Source: Myxococcota bacterium
GTDB taxonomy: Bacteria; Myxococcota_A; UBA9042; DTJE01
Direction of reading: 5' to 3'
DNA length: 60,142 bases
NCBI GenBank assembly: GCA_029975745.1
Contig: JARKOL010000155.1
Location: forward strand, 1-60,142
This document shows, one piece after another, positions 45,667-55,690 of this stretch (positions are counted from its first letter, which is position 1; every line of letters begins with the position of its first letter). The notes below the pieces were generated by a model that did not search any database, was not told where the DNA came from, and saw only the letters and a list, made by a program, of their open reading frames with translations. Both the position numbers and the translations under genes were made by a program.

Positions 45667-47334
45667 ATGCGTAGCACGGATTGGACTCCGGCCGGTCGAT
45701 CCACGACCCGATCCTGGATTCTGGCGGTGCTCCTGCTTGCGATGACGACGGGATGCGCCGACCGCGGGCGCTCCGCCCAGGACCGGGCGGAACGGGCTCT
45801 GGCCCCCCTGGCGCTGGACGAGGCGTTCTTCGCGGCATTCGACGCGTTGCAGGCGCGCGCCCAGACCGACCCGGAGGCCGGGCGACTGGCGGCCCGCTTC
45901 GGCGTTCGCGCCCTGGGACGGGCGCAGGCGTTGCAGCACCCGTCCTTGACGCGCCTTCTGGAAGTCCAGGGACGGGACCCGGCCGCCGCGGGGCGATTCC
46001 TGGCCCGGCTGGCCTCGCAGGTTCCCGAAGACGCCCCCGAAGCCCCGGGCCTGATGGCCCTGTCCGCCATGTACCGAGAGGCCGCGGCGAACCTCGAGCC
46101 GGCCCTCGTCCTGGCCCAGGAGCAGGGTCCGGTGGCCCATGGCGTTCGCCTGCTGGTGGCGCATCGCCTGGGCGATGTCCTCCAGAGCGCCGCGGCGGCA
46201 CCCGAGAACGATCGGGGGCGCCGGGTGATCGAGCGACTCCCAGGCTTCCCGGTCCCGTATTCCCGGGATGTCACCGACGCGGCCTTCCCTCGCGCCCTGA
46301 AGACCCTGTCCCTCCTGCTGACCACGCCGGGCGATGACCCGGAACTGGCCGAGGCCTTCGCCGCATTGGCGGCCGACACGAACCCATGGCTGGATGGACG
46401 CGTCTTCGCGTTGCCGGTCACCCTGGGCATCGGCCCGCCGGTCGCGGCCCCCTGGGGCGTTCGCATCGGCGTGGCCCCCCTTCTGGTACTGACCCTGGAC
46501 GACGACGGCCTGCACGCCGGGACAAGACCGGTGGTCCAGTGGACGCAGGGGCAGGTCTCGCTGGCGCTCCCGGAGACCCTGTTCCCCGGCCCCGTCCTGG
46601 TGCCGCCGGACCGGCTGGATGCGCCCCTCGATGCGGACGACTCGACGGCCATCGACGCGATCCGGAGGCTGGCGGCGGCCGTTGCGCCGGTCGAACGGCA
46701 GCTGGATCCCGAGGGAACTTCGCAGAGCCCGCGAGCCCTGGTGCTGGTGGCCTCCGGCATCCCGGCGTCCCGGCTGCGCGTCGTCCTGCGGCTTGCGGTC
46801 GAGGCCGGCGTGTCCGACATTCGCGTCGCGATTCCGGGGCTGCCCGGAGCCTACCTGCCGGCGCTCGCATTCCACGACGCCCCGGGCGACACACCCCCGG
46901 TTCCTGCCGCACCCCGGGCCCGCATCGCGGTCGGGCCGGACGGATGCCGGCTGGTCCCGGCGACCCGGCTCAACGCCGCTGGGCTGGAGGCCGCGTTGCC
47001 CGAGGGTGTGACGTTGACGGCCAAGGGAGGTCGCCTGGTCCACCTGTCGATCCCATGGAACGCCGGAGTCGGATTCGCGGGGCGGGTGGCCCAGACCCTG
47101 GGCCTCTTGAACCGCGAGGCAGGCATCCCGCGCCTGGTGGATGTGACGCCGGATCGGGACGACACGCCGGCGCGCGTCCTGATCGACGCGGCCTTCGAGG
47201 TCGCGGGCTTCCCGGGGGACCGCTTCCCCGACCTGGAATCCCGGTTTCCTGGAACGCGTTGTCCGGCCGTGGGCCCCTGCATCGGTGGCGTACCGGTGCT
47301 GTTCGGGCTGGAGCCGGTTCGGAAGACGAAGTAG
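45667..47334 (+). CDS. Lipoprotein of unknown function
   Basis: Start MRSTDWTPAGRSTTRSWILAVLLLAMTTGC at 45667 (lipobox TTGC). 555 aa with coding-like composition and no recognised domain. Confidence 0.6.
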   Translation: MRSTDWTPAGRSTTRSWILAVLLLAMTTGCADRGRSAQDRAERALAPLALDEAFFAAFDALQARAQTDPEAGRLAARFGVRALGRAQALQHPSLTRLLEVQGRDPAAAGRFLARLASQVPEDAPEAPGLMALSAMYREAAANLEPALVLAQEQGPVAHGVRLLVAHRLGDVLQSAAAAPENDRGRRVIERLPGFPVPYSRDVTDAAFPRALKTLSLLLTTPGDDPELAEAFAALAADTNPWLDGRVFALPVTLGIGPPVAAPWGVRIGVAPLLVLTLDDDGLHAGTRPVVQWTQGQVSLALPETLFPGPVLVPPDRLDAPLDADDSTAIDAIRRLAAAVAPVERQLDPEGTSQSPRALVLVASGIPASRLRVVLRLAVEAGVSDIRVAIPGLPGAYLPALAFHDAPGDTPPVPAAPRARIAVGPDGCRLVPATRLNAAGLEAALPEGVTLTAKGGRLVHLSIPWNAGVGFAGRVAQTLGLLNREAGIPRLVDVTPDRDDTPARVLIDAAFEVAGFPGDRFPDLESRFPGTRCPAVGPCIGGVPVLFGLEPVRKTK

Positions 47335-47366
47335 CGACGGGCGAGGCGCCCGAGGAGAGTGTCGCC

Positions 47367-48473
47367 ATGGCCAACTATTCGAACTACGACGTGCTGGTCT
47401 TCGACATGGAGGACGCGCTGGTCGATCAGGGCGCGTCGCTGGCCACGGCCGTGTCTCGCGCGGTGGACGCCTACCTGACGGTGCTGCTGGGCATCCGGCA
47501 GGAAGGCGGGCCGGTCTTCACGCCGGAAGAGGTCCGTCAGTTCATGGACGCCCAGGACTTCGAGACCGACACGGACGTGCTGCACGCCCTGCTGACCGCA
47601 GCGATGCACGCCCTGTCCGTCGAGCTGGACGAGGACGAGTTCCTGGGGCACGACGGCCGCGACCTGCTGGACGCCGTGCGGGAGACCGGCCGGCTGACCG
47701 ACTCGCTGGGAGACGTCGCCCGGCGCAAGAACATGGCCGAGTTCGCCAAGCTGATGCGGCAGCGCGGCGGCGGCAAGCGCGGGTTCGCACGGCTGCGCAA
47801 CCTGCGAAACCAGTGGATGGTGCTGGCCGAGGGCCACATCATGATGGACAACGTCGTCAAGCGGATCCTGGCCGAGGTGTACCTTGGGGCCGAGTTGTTC
47901 CTGAAGGAGTACCACCGCGAGCGCCAGTTCTATCAGGAGCACGGGGTGATCGGCCTGGAGCAGTGCTGGATCGACCCGGCCGCGCTGGCCTCGTTGCGCA
48001 AGCGCTGCCCGTTCGCCGCCGTCAGCTCCCGCAGCCAGGCGGAGGCCCAGTTCGTGCTGGCCAACATCGGACTCGACCGTCTGTTCGACGTCATCGTCAG
48101 CCAGGACGCCATGGGCATGGGAATGGCCAATCTCGAGGAGGTCTCGTGGATCCGCGACCTGGGCGTCGGCGGAGCCGCGGCGGCCGACTACGGAACCCGC
48201 GTGGCCGACGCCATCGAGCGCGTGCGCGCCCAGGAGGGCCTGGAACAGGTGGTGCGCGTCGGCTTCATCGGCAACTGCGCCCGGGAGGGACGAACCATCC
48301 CGGCGCTGAAGGACCGCTATCGCCTGACCGCCATCGGCGCCGCCTTCGGCCAGGACAAGAAGGTGATCGCGGCACAGCGGGAAAAGGGAGCGGACATCGT
48401 CGCCCAGGACCCGGGCCAGTTGGTGCGAATCCTGTCCGAACGGCCCCGGATGCGATCGACCGACTACTCGTAG
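47367..48473 (+). CDS. HAD-superfamily-like protein with degenerate catalytic motifs
   Basis: ATG at 47367 with a GAGGAGAG SD. Motif I reads VLVFDMEDALVD, that is DxExA instead of DxDxT. There is a large cap insertion and an S-containing motif II (AAVSSRS). Confidence 0.5.
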   Translation: MANYSNYDVLVFDMEDALVDQGASLATAVSRAVDAYLTVLLGIRQEGGPVFTPEEVRQFMDAQDFETDTDVLHALLTAAMHALSVELDEDEFLGHDGRDLLDAVRETGRLTDSLGDVARRKNMAEFAKLMRQRGGGKRGFARLRNLRNQWMVLAEGHIMMDNVVKRILAEVYLGAELFLKEYHRERQFYQEHGVIGLEQCWIDPAALASLRKRCPFAAVSSRSQAEAQFVLANIGLDRLFDVIVSQDAMGMGMANLEEVSWIRDLGVGGAAAADYGTRVADAIERVRAQEGLEQVVRVGFIGNCAREGRTIPALKDRYRLTAIGAAFGQDKKVIAAQREKGADIVAQDPGQLVRILSERPRMRSTDYS

Positions 48474-48479
48474 CGCGGG

Positions 48480-49895
48480 TCAAACCGGCGGCAGGTTCTC
48501 GTTCACTCGATCCACGATCGTCATGGTGTCCCGCAGGAACGTCAGGCGCGCGGTCCCGGTCGGACCGTTGCGCTGCTTGGCGATGATCACCTCCAGAAGA
48601 TTGCGGTCCTCTTCCTTGGTGTTTTCGCGGTCGTAGTACTCGGGTCGATACAGGAACATCACGACGTCCGCGTCCTGCTCGATCGCGCCCGACTCGCGCA
48701 GGTCGGACAGCAGCGGTCGCTTGTCCTTGGACTGGCGGGTCTCCGGCGCGCGGCTCAACTGCGACAACGCGACGACGGGAACGTTCAGTTCCTTGGCCAT
48801 GGCCTTCAGCGACCGGGAGATCTCGGAGATCTGCTGCTCGCGCGGCACCCGCTTGTCCGAAGGGTCGATCAACTGGAGGTAGTCCACCATCACGACGTCC
48901 AACAGCCCCCGCTGGCGCATCCGCCGCGCCTTGGCCCGCAGTTCCAGGACACCCATCCGGGGCGAATCGTCGATGAACAGCGGCACGTTGCGCAACTGTT
49001 CGCGAGCGGCCTGAAGCTTGGCGAACTCCTGCTGGCCGACGAAGGCCTGGCGCACCCGGTTCGAATCGAAGCGCGCCTGGGTACACAGCAGGCGGTCGGT
49101 CAACTGGGGCTCGGACATCTCGAGGGATGCGAACAGCACCGCGGCGCCGGTCTTGGCCGCGTTCAAGGCCACGTTCAGCGCGAAACTCGTCTTGCCCATC
49201 GAGGGACGGGCCGCGATGATGACCAGGTCCGACTTCTGCAGTCCCAGAATGTAGTGGTTCAGGTTCTTCAACCCGGTATCGACGCCCGTCGTGTGGCTGT
49301 GCTCCTTGCGCAGGGCGTCGATCCGCCCCAGCGACGCGTCCAGGGCCTCGTCCAGCGACTTGATGCGCCCGTGCAGCCGGGCCTCGCCGGCCGCCATCAG
49401 CCGCGCCTCGGCCCGGTCCAGGAATTCGGCGGGGTCCATCTCGCCGGCGTAGCCCTCGCTGACCACCGTGCTGGCCACGGCGATCATCCGGCGCACGGCC
49501 GCCTTCTCGCGGACGATCCGGGCGTGGTGGTCGATGCTGGCCGACGACTCGGCCTGGGACACCAGCTGCGTCAGGTACGCGGGCCCGCCCACCGCATCCA
49601 GTTCGCCCCGATCCCGCAGCGTATCGATCAAGGCCACGACGTCGATGCCGACACCCGCCTCGAACAGCCGGACCATGCCGGCCATCACCAACTGGTTGGC
49701 CGGAGTGAAGAAGTCGTCCGGCTTCAGGTACTCGGCGGCGGTCGCGAAGGCGGCCGAATCGACAAGAACCGTCCCCAGCACGGCGTTCTCGGCCTCGGGA
49801 CTGCGCGGAGGCGGGCGCTCGCCCGGACGCCACGTCAGCGTCTGGGGAGCGGCCGGGTCGCGGGTGTTCTTGCGGGTTCCCATCGCGGCGAGCAT
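48480..49895 (-). CDS. dnaB: Replicative DNA helicase DnaB
   Basis: 471 aa. N-terminal block PPRSPEAENAVLGTVL; Walker A GARPSMGKTSFALN; also VVMVDYLQLI and ALSQLSRAPE. The exact start is uncertain (49895 or 49883). Confidence 0.93.
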   Translation of the reverse strand: MLAAMGTRKNTRDPAAPQTLTWRPGERPPPRSPEAENAVLGTVLVDSAAFATAAEYLKPDDFFTPANQLVMAGMVRLFEAGVGIDVVALIDTLRDRGELDAVGGPAYLTQLVSQAESSASIDHHARIVREKAAVRRMIAVASTVVSEGYAGEMDPAEFLDRAEARLMAAGEARLHGRIKSLDEALDASLGRIDALRKEHSHTTGVDTGLKNLNHYILGLQKSDLVIIAARPSMGKTSFALNVALNAAKTGAAVLFASLEMSEPQLTDRLLCTQARFDSNRVRQAFVGQQEFAKLQAAREQLRNVPLFIDDSPRMGVLELRAKARRMRQRGLLDVVMVDYLQLIDPSDKRVPREQQISEISRSLKAMAKELNVPVVALSQLSRAPETRQSKDKRPLLSDLRESGAIEQDADVVMFLYRPEYYDRENTKEEDRNLLEVIIAKQRNGPTGTARLTFLRDTMTIVDRVNENLPPV

Positions 49896-49926
49896 ACACG
49901 CCGACGGGACGACTGCCTATCGCGGC

Positions 49927-49962
49927 TTTTCGACAGGGCTTTTGCACAGAATTTTCGACAGG
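49927..49962 (+). promoter_or_regulatory. Three tandem DnaA-box-like 9-10-mers in the dnaB/mutL divergent intergenic region
   Basis: TTTTCGACAG lies at 49927, TTTTGCACAG at 49940 and TTTTCGACAG at 49952, spaced 12-13 bp apart. They are followed by TTGACT (49963-49968), a 17-nt spacer and TACCCT as a possible mutL promoter. Confidence 0.4.
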
Positions 49963-49998
49963 TTGACTCCCGACCATGCCCCGGCTACCCTCCCGGCG

Positions 49999-51756
49999 AT
50001 GGAAGCGTCCCGAATCCAGGTGCTGCCGGATGTCCTGATTGACCAGATCGCCGCCGGAGAGGTGGTCGAGTCGCCGGCCTCCGTCGTCAAGGAGTTGCTG
50101 GAAAACGCGCTGGACGCCGGCGCGCGCCGCATCGTGGTCGAGGTCGCGGATGGCGGCCTGTCGCACTTGCGCGTGCTCGACGACGGCGAGGGCATGTCCC
50201 CGGCCGACGCGGTCCTGGCGCTGCGACGCCACGCGACCAGCAAGATCCGTGATCCGGAGGATCTGGACCGGATCGCGACCATGGGCTTCCGGGGCGAGGC
50301 GCTGCCGTCCATCGCCTCGGTCTCGCGATTCACGCTGGTCACGCGACGCCCCTCGGACGAGGCGGGGACCCGGGTGACCGCCCGCGACGGCCAGGTCAAC
50401 TCGGAACCGTTCGCCGCGCCCTCCGGCACGTCCGTCACCGTCGATGATCTGTTCCACAACGTCCCGGCCCGACGCAAGTTCCAGAAGGCCGAACGCACCC
50501 TGGCGGCGGGCATTGCCGAGACCGTGGCCCGGGCCGCCCTGGCGTTCCCGTCGCTGCACCTGGTGCTGGCGGTGGCGGGGCGGCGCCCCATCGAGTACCC
50601 CCCATGCGCACGGCTGGCGGACCGGGTGGCCCAGGTGTTCGGCCGCGACGTCGCGAACCGGCTGCACCCGGTTCAAGAGGACCGGGACAATATCGCCGTC
50701 ACCGGCGTGATCGGAGACCCGGCGCTGGCACGCAACGACGCATCCCGACTGGTGCTGCTGGTCAACCGCCGCCCCGTCCAGGATCTCGCCCTGCGTCGCG
50801 CGGTCCTCAACGCGTACTCGGTCCTGGTCCCGGCAGGCCGCTTCCCGGTCGCGGTGCTGGCCATCGAGCTGGCGCCGGTCGAGGTCGATGTCAACGTCCA
50901 CCCACGAAAGATCGAGGTGCGCTTCGCCCGCCCGCGCGACGTTGCGTCGGCGCTGTTTTCGGCGGTGCAGTCGGCCGTCGTCCAGACCCCCTGGATCGCC
51001 CAGGCCGGACTGGATCCGTTCGCCACCGAAGCCGAACCGAAGCCCTTCGCGCCCGACCCTGCGACCCTGGGCCACCTCGCCACGCCGGGCGTCCGCGAAT
51101 CGATGGCCCTGCCCCACCCGACGCTGCCGACTCGTCAGCCAGGCCTGTTCGGCGAGGCCTCTTCGCCGGCCGCCCTGCGTCTTGCCGACCTGCGCTACAT
51201 CGGCCAGGCCGGTCGAACGGTCCTGGTCTGCGAGGGGCGGGACACCCTGGTTCTGGTGGATCAACACGCCGCCCATGAACGCGTGAACTTCGACCGACTG
51301 TGGCAGGGAGTCCGGGAAGGCACCGTCGCGTCCGAACCCCTGATGTTCCCCGAGGTGGTCACGCTGGACCCGGCCGAGGCCGCCGGGCTGGATGCGGCTC
51401 GCGACATACTGGGGCGACTCGGGTTCGACCTGGAGCCCTACTCGGGCGACAGCGTCGCCGTCCGGGCGATTCCGGCGGTGATGCGCGGCCGGGGTGCCGC
51501 CGCACTGGTTCGCGAGTGCGCCCAGGCCGCGGCCGGAGAGTCGGGCGCGAGCGGCACCGAGCGCCTGCACCGCATCGTCGCCACGATTGCCTGCCACGCC
51601 TCGATCCGGGCCGGAGACGCGCTGTCCGAATCGGATGCCCTCGCCCTGCTGGCCTCGATGGACACGGTCGCGGACCTGGCCGCCTACTGCCCTCATGGAC
51701 GCCAGGCCGTGATCGTGCATCCGATGAGCACGGTCCTGCGCTGGTTCGGACGATGA
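49999..51756 (+). CDS. mutL: DNA mismatch repair protein MutL
   Basis: Start MEASRIQVLPDVLIDQIAAGEVVESPASVVKELLENALDAGA (GHKL ATPase). C-terminal block QHAAHERVNFDRL. The upstream part of the 762-aa track ORF was not used. Confidence 0.93.
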   Translation: MEASRIQVLPDVLIDQIAAGEVVESPASVVKELLENALDAGARRIVVEVADGGLSHLRVLDDGEGMSPADAVLALRRHATSKIRDPEDLDRIATMGFRGEALPSIASVSRFTLVTRRPSDEAGTRVTARDGQVNSEPFAAPSGTSVTVDDLFHNVPARRKFQKAERTLAAGIAETVARAALAFPSLHLVLAVAGRRPIEYPPCARLADRVAQVFGRDVANRLHPVQEDRDNIAVTGVIGDPALARNDASRLVLLVNRRPVQDLALRRAVLNAYSVLVPAGRFPVAVLAIELAPVEVDVNVHPRKIEVRFARPRDVASALFSAVQSAVVQTPWIAQAGLDPFATEAEPKPFAPDPATLGHLATPGVRESMALPHPTLPTRQPGLFGEASSPAALRLADLRYIGQAGRTVLVCEGRDTLVLVDQHAAHERVNFDRLWQGVREGTVASEPLMFPEVVTLDPAEAAGLDAARDILGRLGFDLEPYSGDSVAVRAIPAVMRGRGAAALVRECAQAAAGESGASGTERLHRIVATIACHASIRAGDALSESDALALLASMDTVADLAAYCPHGRQAVIVHPMSTVLRWFGR

Positions 51757-52685
51757 CGATGACGATGACGCCATCCGTGGTCTGCATCATGGGGCCGACA
51801 GCCTCCGGCAAGTCGGATCTGGCCGTCGCCGTCGCGCGCCAGTTCCAGGGCCAGGTGGTCAACGCCGACTCGATGCAGGTGTTCGCCGACCTGCCCATCG
51901 GCACCGCGGCACCGACGGCGGACATGCTGGCGGCGGTGCCCCACCACCTGTTCGGCTACCTCCGCCCCGACCAGCCCCCGGATGCCGGACTCTGGGCCCG
52001 GGACGCCGCGCGGACCATCCGGGAAATCGCGGCCCAGGGACACCTTCCGATCGTCGTCGGAGGCACGTTCTTCTGGATGCGTGCCCTGTTCGAGGGGCTT
52101 TCCCAGATTCCGGCCGTCACCGACGCCATTCGCGCCCAGGTCGCGGCGGACATGCAGGCCCTCGGCGCCCCGGCCGCGCACGCCCGTCTGGCCCGGCTCG
52201 ACCCCCTGCTGGCCGGCCGACTCCACCCGCGGGATACCCAGCGCATCGCCCGAGGCCTCGAGGTGGTCCTGGCGACGGGAACCCCGCTATCGACCTTCCA
52301 GGAGGACGCCCCCGAACCCCCGCTGACGGCCCGGGTGCTGCGGCTGATTCTGGAGGTTCCCCGGGCACGCCTGTACGCCCGGATTGAACGCCGGCTGGAC
52401 CAGATGTTCGTGGACGGTCTGGTGGACGAGGTGGCCCGGGTCCTGGCGGCTGGCCTGGCCCCGACGGCCCGCCCCCTGCGTTCCTCCAGCTACGCCCCGG
52501 TGGTGGACTTCCTGGCCGGACGCTGCGACCGCGATGCCATGCGAGCGCGCATCGCCCAGGGACACCGCAACTACGCCAAGCGCCAGATCACCTGGTTGAA
52601 GCGCGAGGAGGGCACGCGGCTGCCGGCGGGCAACGAGGTCGAGGCGTTCGCCGCGGTCGCGTCGTTCCTGGCGGCACAGCGATAG
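51753..52685 (+). CDS. miaA: tRNA dimethylallyltransferase MiaA
   Basis: The ATG at 51753 overlaps the mutL stop (ATGA). P-loop IMGPTASGKSDLAV, then VNADSMQVFADLPIGTAAPT. Confidence 0.92.
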   Translation: MTMTMTPSVVCIMGPTASGKSDLAVAVARQFQGQVVNADSMQVFADLPIGTAAPTADMLAAVPHHLFGYLRPDQPPDAGLWARDAARTIREIAAQGHLPIVVGGTFFWMRALFEGLSQIPAVTDAIRAQVAADMQALGAPAAHARLARLDPLLAGRLHPRDTQRIARGLEVVLATGTPLSTFQEDAPEPPLTARVLRLILEVPRARLYARIERRLDQMFVDGLVDEVARVLAAGLAPTARPLRSSSYAPVVDFLAGRCDRDAMRARIAQGHRNYAKRQITWLKREEGTRLPAGNEVEAFAAVASFLAAQR

Positions 52686-52763
52686 CGGCGCGCCGGAAGC
52701 CACGCCCTCGGAAACGCATCTTCACGACAAGAACCGTCGAGGATGGAAGAGGGAAAGGGGGGA

Positions 52764-53192
52764 TCAGAACTCGAGCGTCGCGCGCATCTGTCGCTTCTTC
52801 TGGAACATCTTCTCCTGGCGTTCCTGCTCCTCCTTGCAGACGATGCAGTAGGTCGTCTCGGGACGCGCCAGCAGACGCTTCTTCCCGATCGGATTGCCGC
52901 AGGATTCGCACAGGTCGTATTCCCCTTCCTCGATCCGCTGGAGCGCCTTCTCGATCTTGCGCAGCAGGAACTTCTCGCGATCCCGCATCCGGTACTCGAA
53001 CGACTGGTCGTACTCGGTCGAGGCCTGATCGACCTCGTCCGGTGCGCGCACCTCGTCCATCTCGTGCGCGGCCAGCGTGTCGCGGGCCGAATCGATCAGC
53101 GACTTGCGCTTCTCGTCGAGGATGGTCTTCAGTTCGAGGACCTCCTCGGGCGACAGTCGCTTCAGGTCGTCCTCGGTGTTGGGCATCGGCAT
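52764..53192 (-). CDS. dksA: DksA/TraR-family C4 zinc-finger transcription factor
   Basis: 142 aa from MPMPNTEDDL at 53192. It has a coiled-coil region with an acidic tip (DEVDQASTEYDQSFE) and the zinc finger CESCGNPIGKKRLLARPETTYCIVC. Confidence 0.88.
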   Translation of the reverse strand: MPMPNTEDDLKRLSPEEVLELKTILDEKRKSLIDSARDTLAAHEMDEVRAPDEVDQASTEYDQSFEYRMRDREKFLLRKIEKALQRIEEGEYDLCESCGNPIGKKRLLARPETTYCIVCKEEQERQEKMFQKKRQMRATLEF

Positions 53193-53323
53193 GGGACCCC
53201 CTTGTCTCGTGTCCGGACCTCGATTATTGGAGCCGGACCGCCGGAAGTCAAGCATCGGCGAATCCCGGCGCGACGCGAGGGGCGCGGGGGAGGGACGAGC
53301 CGCCGTCCCGAAACCGCCCGCGT

Positions 53324-53351
53324 TTGACCGCCAGGGCTTCGATGGCATAAT
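53324..53351 (+). promoter_or_regulatory. Sigma70-type promoter of the dehydratase-like operon
   Basis: TTGACC (53324-53329) is followed by a 16-nt spacer and CATAAT (53346-53351), with TGg immediately upstream giving an extended -10. Confidence 0.5.
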
Positions 53352-53372
53352 CAGGCAACCGACGAGGTGAGC

Positions 53373-54479
53373 ATGCCCACGCGCTGCCTGCGAGATGTCG
53401 CCCTGGATCCCGTCGCCGAAGCCCTCGAACGTGCCGCGACCCGCTCCAGGCGGATCGGCCTGGCATTCGCGGGGGATTTTCCGCTGGAACTGTTCGAGGC
53501 GTTCGGCCTGCACGGCGTCTGCCTGCCCGCGACCCCGCGCGAGACCTACCCCCAGGCCGACGCGGTGCTTCAGGCCTACACATGCGGATTCGTGCGCTCG
53601 TGCGCCGAGGCCGTGCTCGCAAGCCGGCTGCCCGCGGGGCTGGTCGGGACGGTCAGCGGCTGCGATGCCCAGACCAACCTGCCCGGCGTCCTGGTCGGGG
53701 CCGGGGTCCAGGTGCCGGTTCTGAACCTGCGCCTGCCCATCCGCGTGGGCACGCCCGCGTCCCAGCGCCAGGCGCGCGCGGCCCTGGTTGATTTCTGTCA
53801 TGCGGCGGCGCGCGTGCTGGGCGTCCCTCTGGACCCGATGGCGCTGACCCAGGCCATGAGCCGTTACCAGGACGTCCGAATCCGGCTGACCGGACTGTTC
53901 GACGACCTGGCGAATGGCGGTTCGGCCCTGCGGGCCTACGAGGCGGCACTGGCCGCCCGCGTGCTGGATCCGGATGCCTGGATGGCCCGTCTGGACGCGG
54001 AGCCCGCTTCGCCCGCCCCGCGGGACGGCGTCCCGATCCTGCTTTCCGGCTCGGTGATCCCCTCCATGCAGGCCGTGATCGATCTGGTCGATGTCGGTTG
54101 TCGCATCGTGGCCGACGACACCTCGACCGGCATGCGCAGCGCCCGCCGACGCTTCCAGCCGGACCCGGCGGATCCCATGGACGCGCTGGCCGACAGCCTG
54201 GTCCCCCCCGAGCCCCGCGGGCCGGAGCGCCTGGGAGACCCGGACCGACCCGCCCTGGTGGCCATGCGCGCCGCGCGGGCCGGGGCACGGGCGGCCATCC
54301 TGTTGCGCCAGAAGTTCTGTGATCCACAGGCCTTCGAGGCGCCCTCGCTGATTGCCGCGCTTCGCGCCGTCGGCATCCCGGCCGTGGTGATCGAGTCGGA
54401 CCGGCTTCCGGGCCTGTCGGGACGCGATCGCACCGTGGTCCAGACACTGCTGGAACAGGAAACGGGAGGTGCCGCGTGA
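53373..54479 (+). CDS. Subunit of the 2-hydroxyacyl-CoA dehydratase / benzoyl-CoA reductase BcrC-BadD-HgdB family
   Basis: The ATG at 53373 lies 5 nt after a GAGG SD; a GTG at 53367 is also possible. Family-type blocks are FPLELFEAFGL, LLSGSVIP and ILLRQKFCDPQAFE. Confidence 0.8.
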   Translation: MPTRCLRDVALDPVAEALERAATRSRRIGLAFAGDFPLELFEAFGLHGVCLPATPRETYPQADAVLQAYTCGFVRSCAEAVLASRLPAGLVGTVSGCDAQTNLPGVLVGAGVQVPVLNLRLPIRVGTPASQRQARAALVDFCHAAARVLGVPLDPMALTQAMSRYQDVRIRLTGLFDDLANGGSALRAYEAALAARVLDPDAWMARLDAEPASPAPRDGVPILLSGSVIPSMQAVIDLVDVGCRIVADDTSTGMRSARRRFQPDPADPMDALADSLVPPEPRGPERLGDPDRPALVAMRAARAGARAAILLRQKFCDPQAFEAPSLIAALRAVGIPAVVIESDRLPGLSGRDRTVVQTLLEQETGGAA

Positions 54480-55690
54480 ATCCGACGGGCCCCAGGGGAC
54501 TGGCCGCGAACCAGCGGCTCCAGAAGACCATCCGGAACCAGGTCCTGTTCACTCGGGCGGCAAAGATGCTTGGCCGGCCGGTGGCCTGGGTCACCTCCGG
54601 ATCGCCGGTCGAGATCCTGTTGGCCGCGGGCATCATCCCGTTCTACCCCGAAAACCACGCCGCAATCTGTTCGGCCCGCAACATGGCCGCCGACCTGTCC
54701 GATGTGGCCGAGGCCGAGGGATATTCCCGGGATCTGTGTTCGTACTTCCGCATCGACCGCGGCGCCATGGTCACGCAGAAGACGCCTCTGGGCCGAATGG
54801 TCGCTCCCGACGTGGTGCTGGCCTCGAACAACATCTGCGGCACCGTCCAGCACTGGTTCTCGATCACGGCCCGGCATTTCGAGGTGCCCTTCTGGTTCGT
54901 CGATACGCCGTTCACCGAGGCGTCGCCCTCCGAATCGGACGTCGCCTATGTTCGCGATCAGTTGGTTGAGCTGGCCGAGCAGGCCGGGCGCCTGGGGGGA
55001 CGCCGCGTCACCGAGCAACGCCTGTCCCGGGTGGTGGCCCGCTCGCGCGAGGCCCTGGTCCTGTGGCGCGAGGTGCTGGCCACCGCGGCCGCACGTCCCG
55101 CACCGCTGACCAGTTTCGACGCGTTCGTCCACATGGCGCCGATCGTCTCGATGCGCGGCACCCGGCGCGCGGTCCGCTACTACCGGCACCTGCTGGCCGA
55201 GGTCTCGGCTCGGCGGACATCCGGCACGGCGGCGGTGCCCCAGGAGCGCGCGCGCGTGGTCTGGGACAACATCGCCATCTGGCCGGCACACCGGGAGTTG
55301 AAGCGCGCCTTCAAGCAGGCGGGCGTGGCCCTGGTGGCCGACACCTACACGCATGCGTGGACCGTCGAGCACCTGGACCCCTCGGACCCGTTCACCAGCC
55401 TGGCCCGCGTCTACACGGACATCCTGCTGAACCACGGCGCATTGCACCGCCACAAGGTGCTGGCCCGGATGGTGCGGGAGTTCGGCGCGGACGGGTTCAT
55501 CCTGCACTCCAATCGTTCCTGCAAGCGCTACTCCCTGGGCCAGTTGGGGGTGAAGCGCGCCGTGTCGGATGAAACGGGCGCGCTGGGCGTCGTCATCGAG
55601 GCCGACATGGCGGACCCCCGGGCCGTCAGCATCGAGCACCTGATGCAGCGCCTGAATCCCTTCTTCGAGGCGCTTGGGGGCGGGACATGA
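54476..55690 (+). CDS. Second subunit of the 2-hydroxyacyl-CoA dehydratase family (HgdA/BcrB-like)
   Basis: The GTG start overlaps the upstream stop (GTGA), with a GGGAGG SD. Blocks are GSPVEILLAAGIIPFYPENHAA, RDLCSYFR and GFILHSNRSCKRYSLGQ. Confidence 0.82.
   Translation: MNPTGPRGLAANQRLQKTIRNQVLFTRAAKMLGRPVAWVTSGSPVEILLAAGIIPFYPENHAAICSARNMAADLSDVAEAEGYSRDLCSYFRIDRGAMVTQKTPLGRMVAPDVVLASNNICGTVQHWFSITARHFEVPFWFVDTPFTEASPSESDVAYVRDQLVELAEQAGRLGGRRVTEQRLSRVVARSREALVLWREVLATAAARPAPLTSFDAFVHMAPIVSMRGTRRAVRYYRHLLAEVSARRTSGTAAVPQERARVVWDNIAIWPAHRELKRAFKQAGVALVADTYTHAWTVEHLDPSDPFTSLARVYTDILLNHGALHRHKVLARMVREFGADGFILHSNRSCKRYSLGQLGVKRAVSDETGALGVVIEADMADPRAVSIEHLMQRLNPFFEALGGGT

Noticed and set aside
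49896-49998. Possibility that the DnaA-box-like repeats mark the chromosomal origin
   Set aside because: There are only three boxes and no adjacent AT-rich unwinding element of meaningful length. No dnaA, dnaN or gidA is nearby. A local regulatory site is more plausible.
51753-51770. ATGACG x3 tandem repeat at the mutL stop / miaA start
   Set aside because: It simply encodes MTMTMT at the miaA N-terminus and provides the ATGA stop/start overlap. It is too short and too isolated to argue for a slippage or regulatory element.
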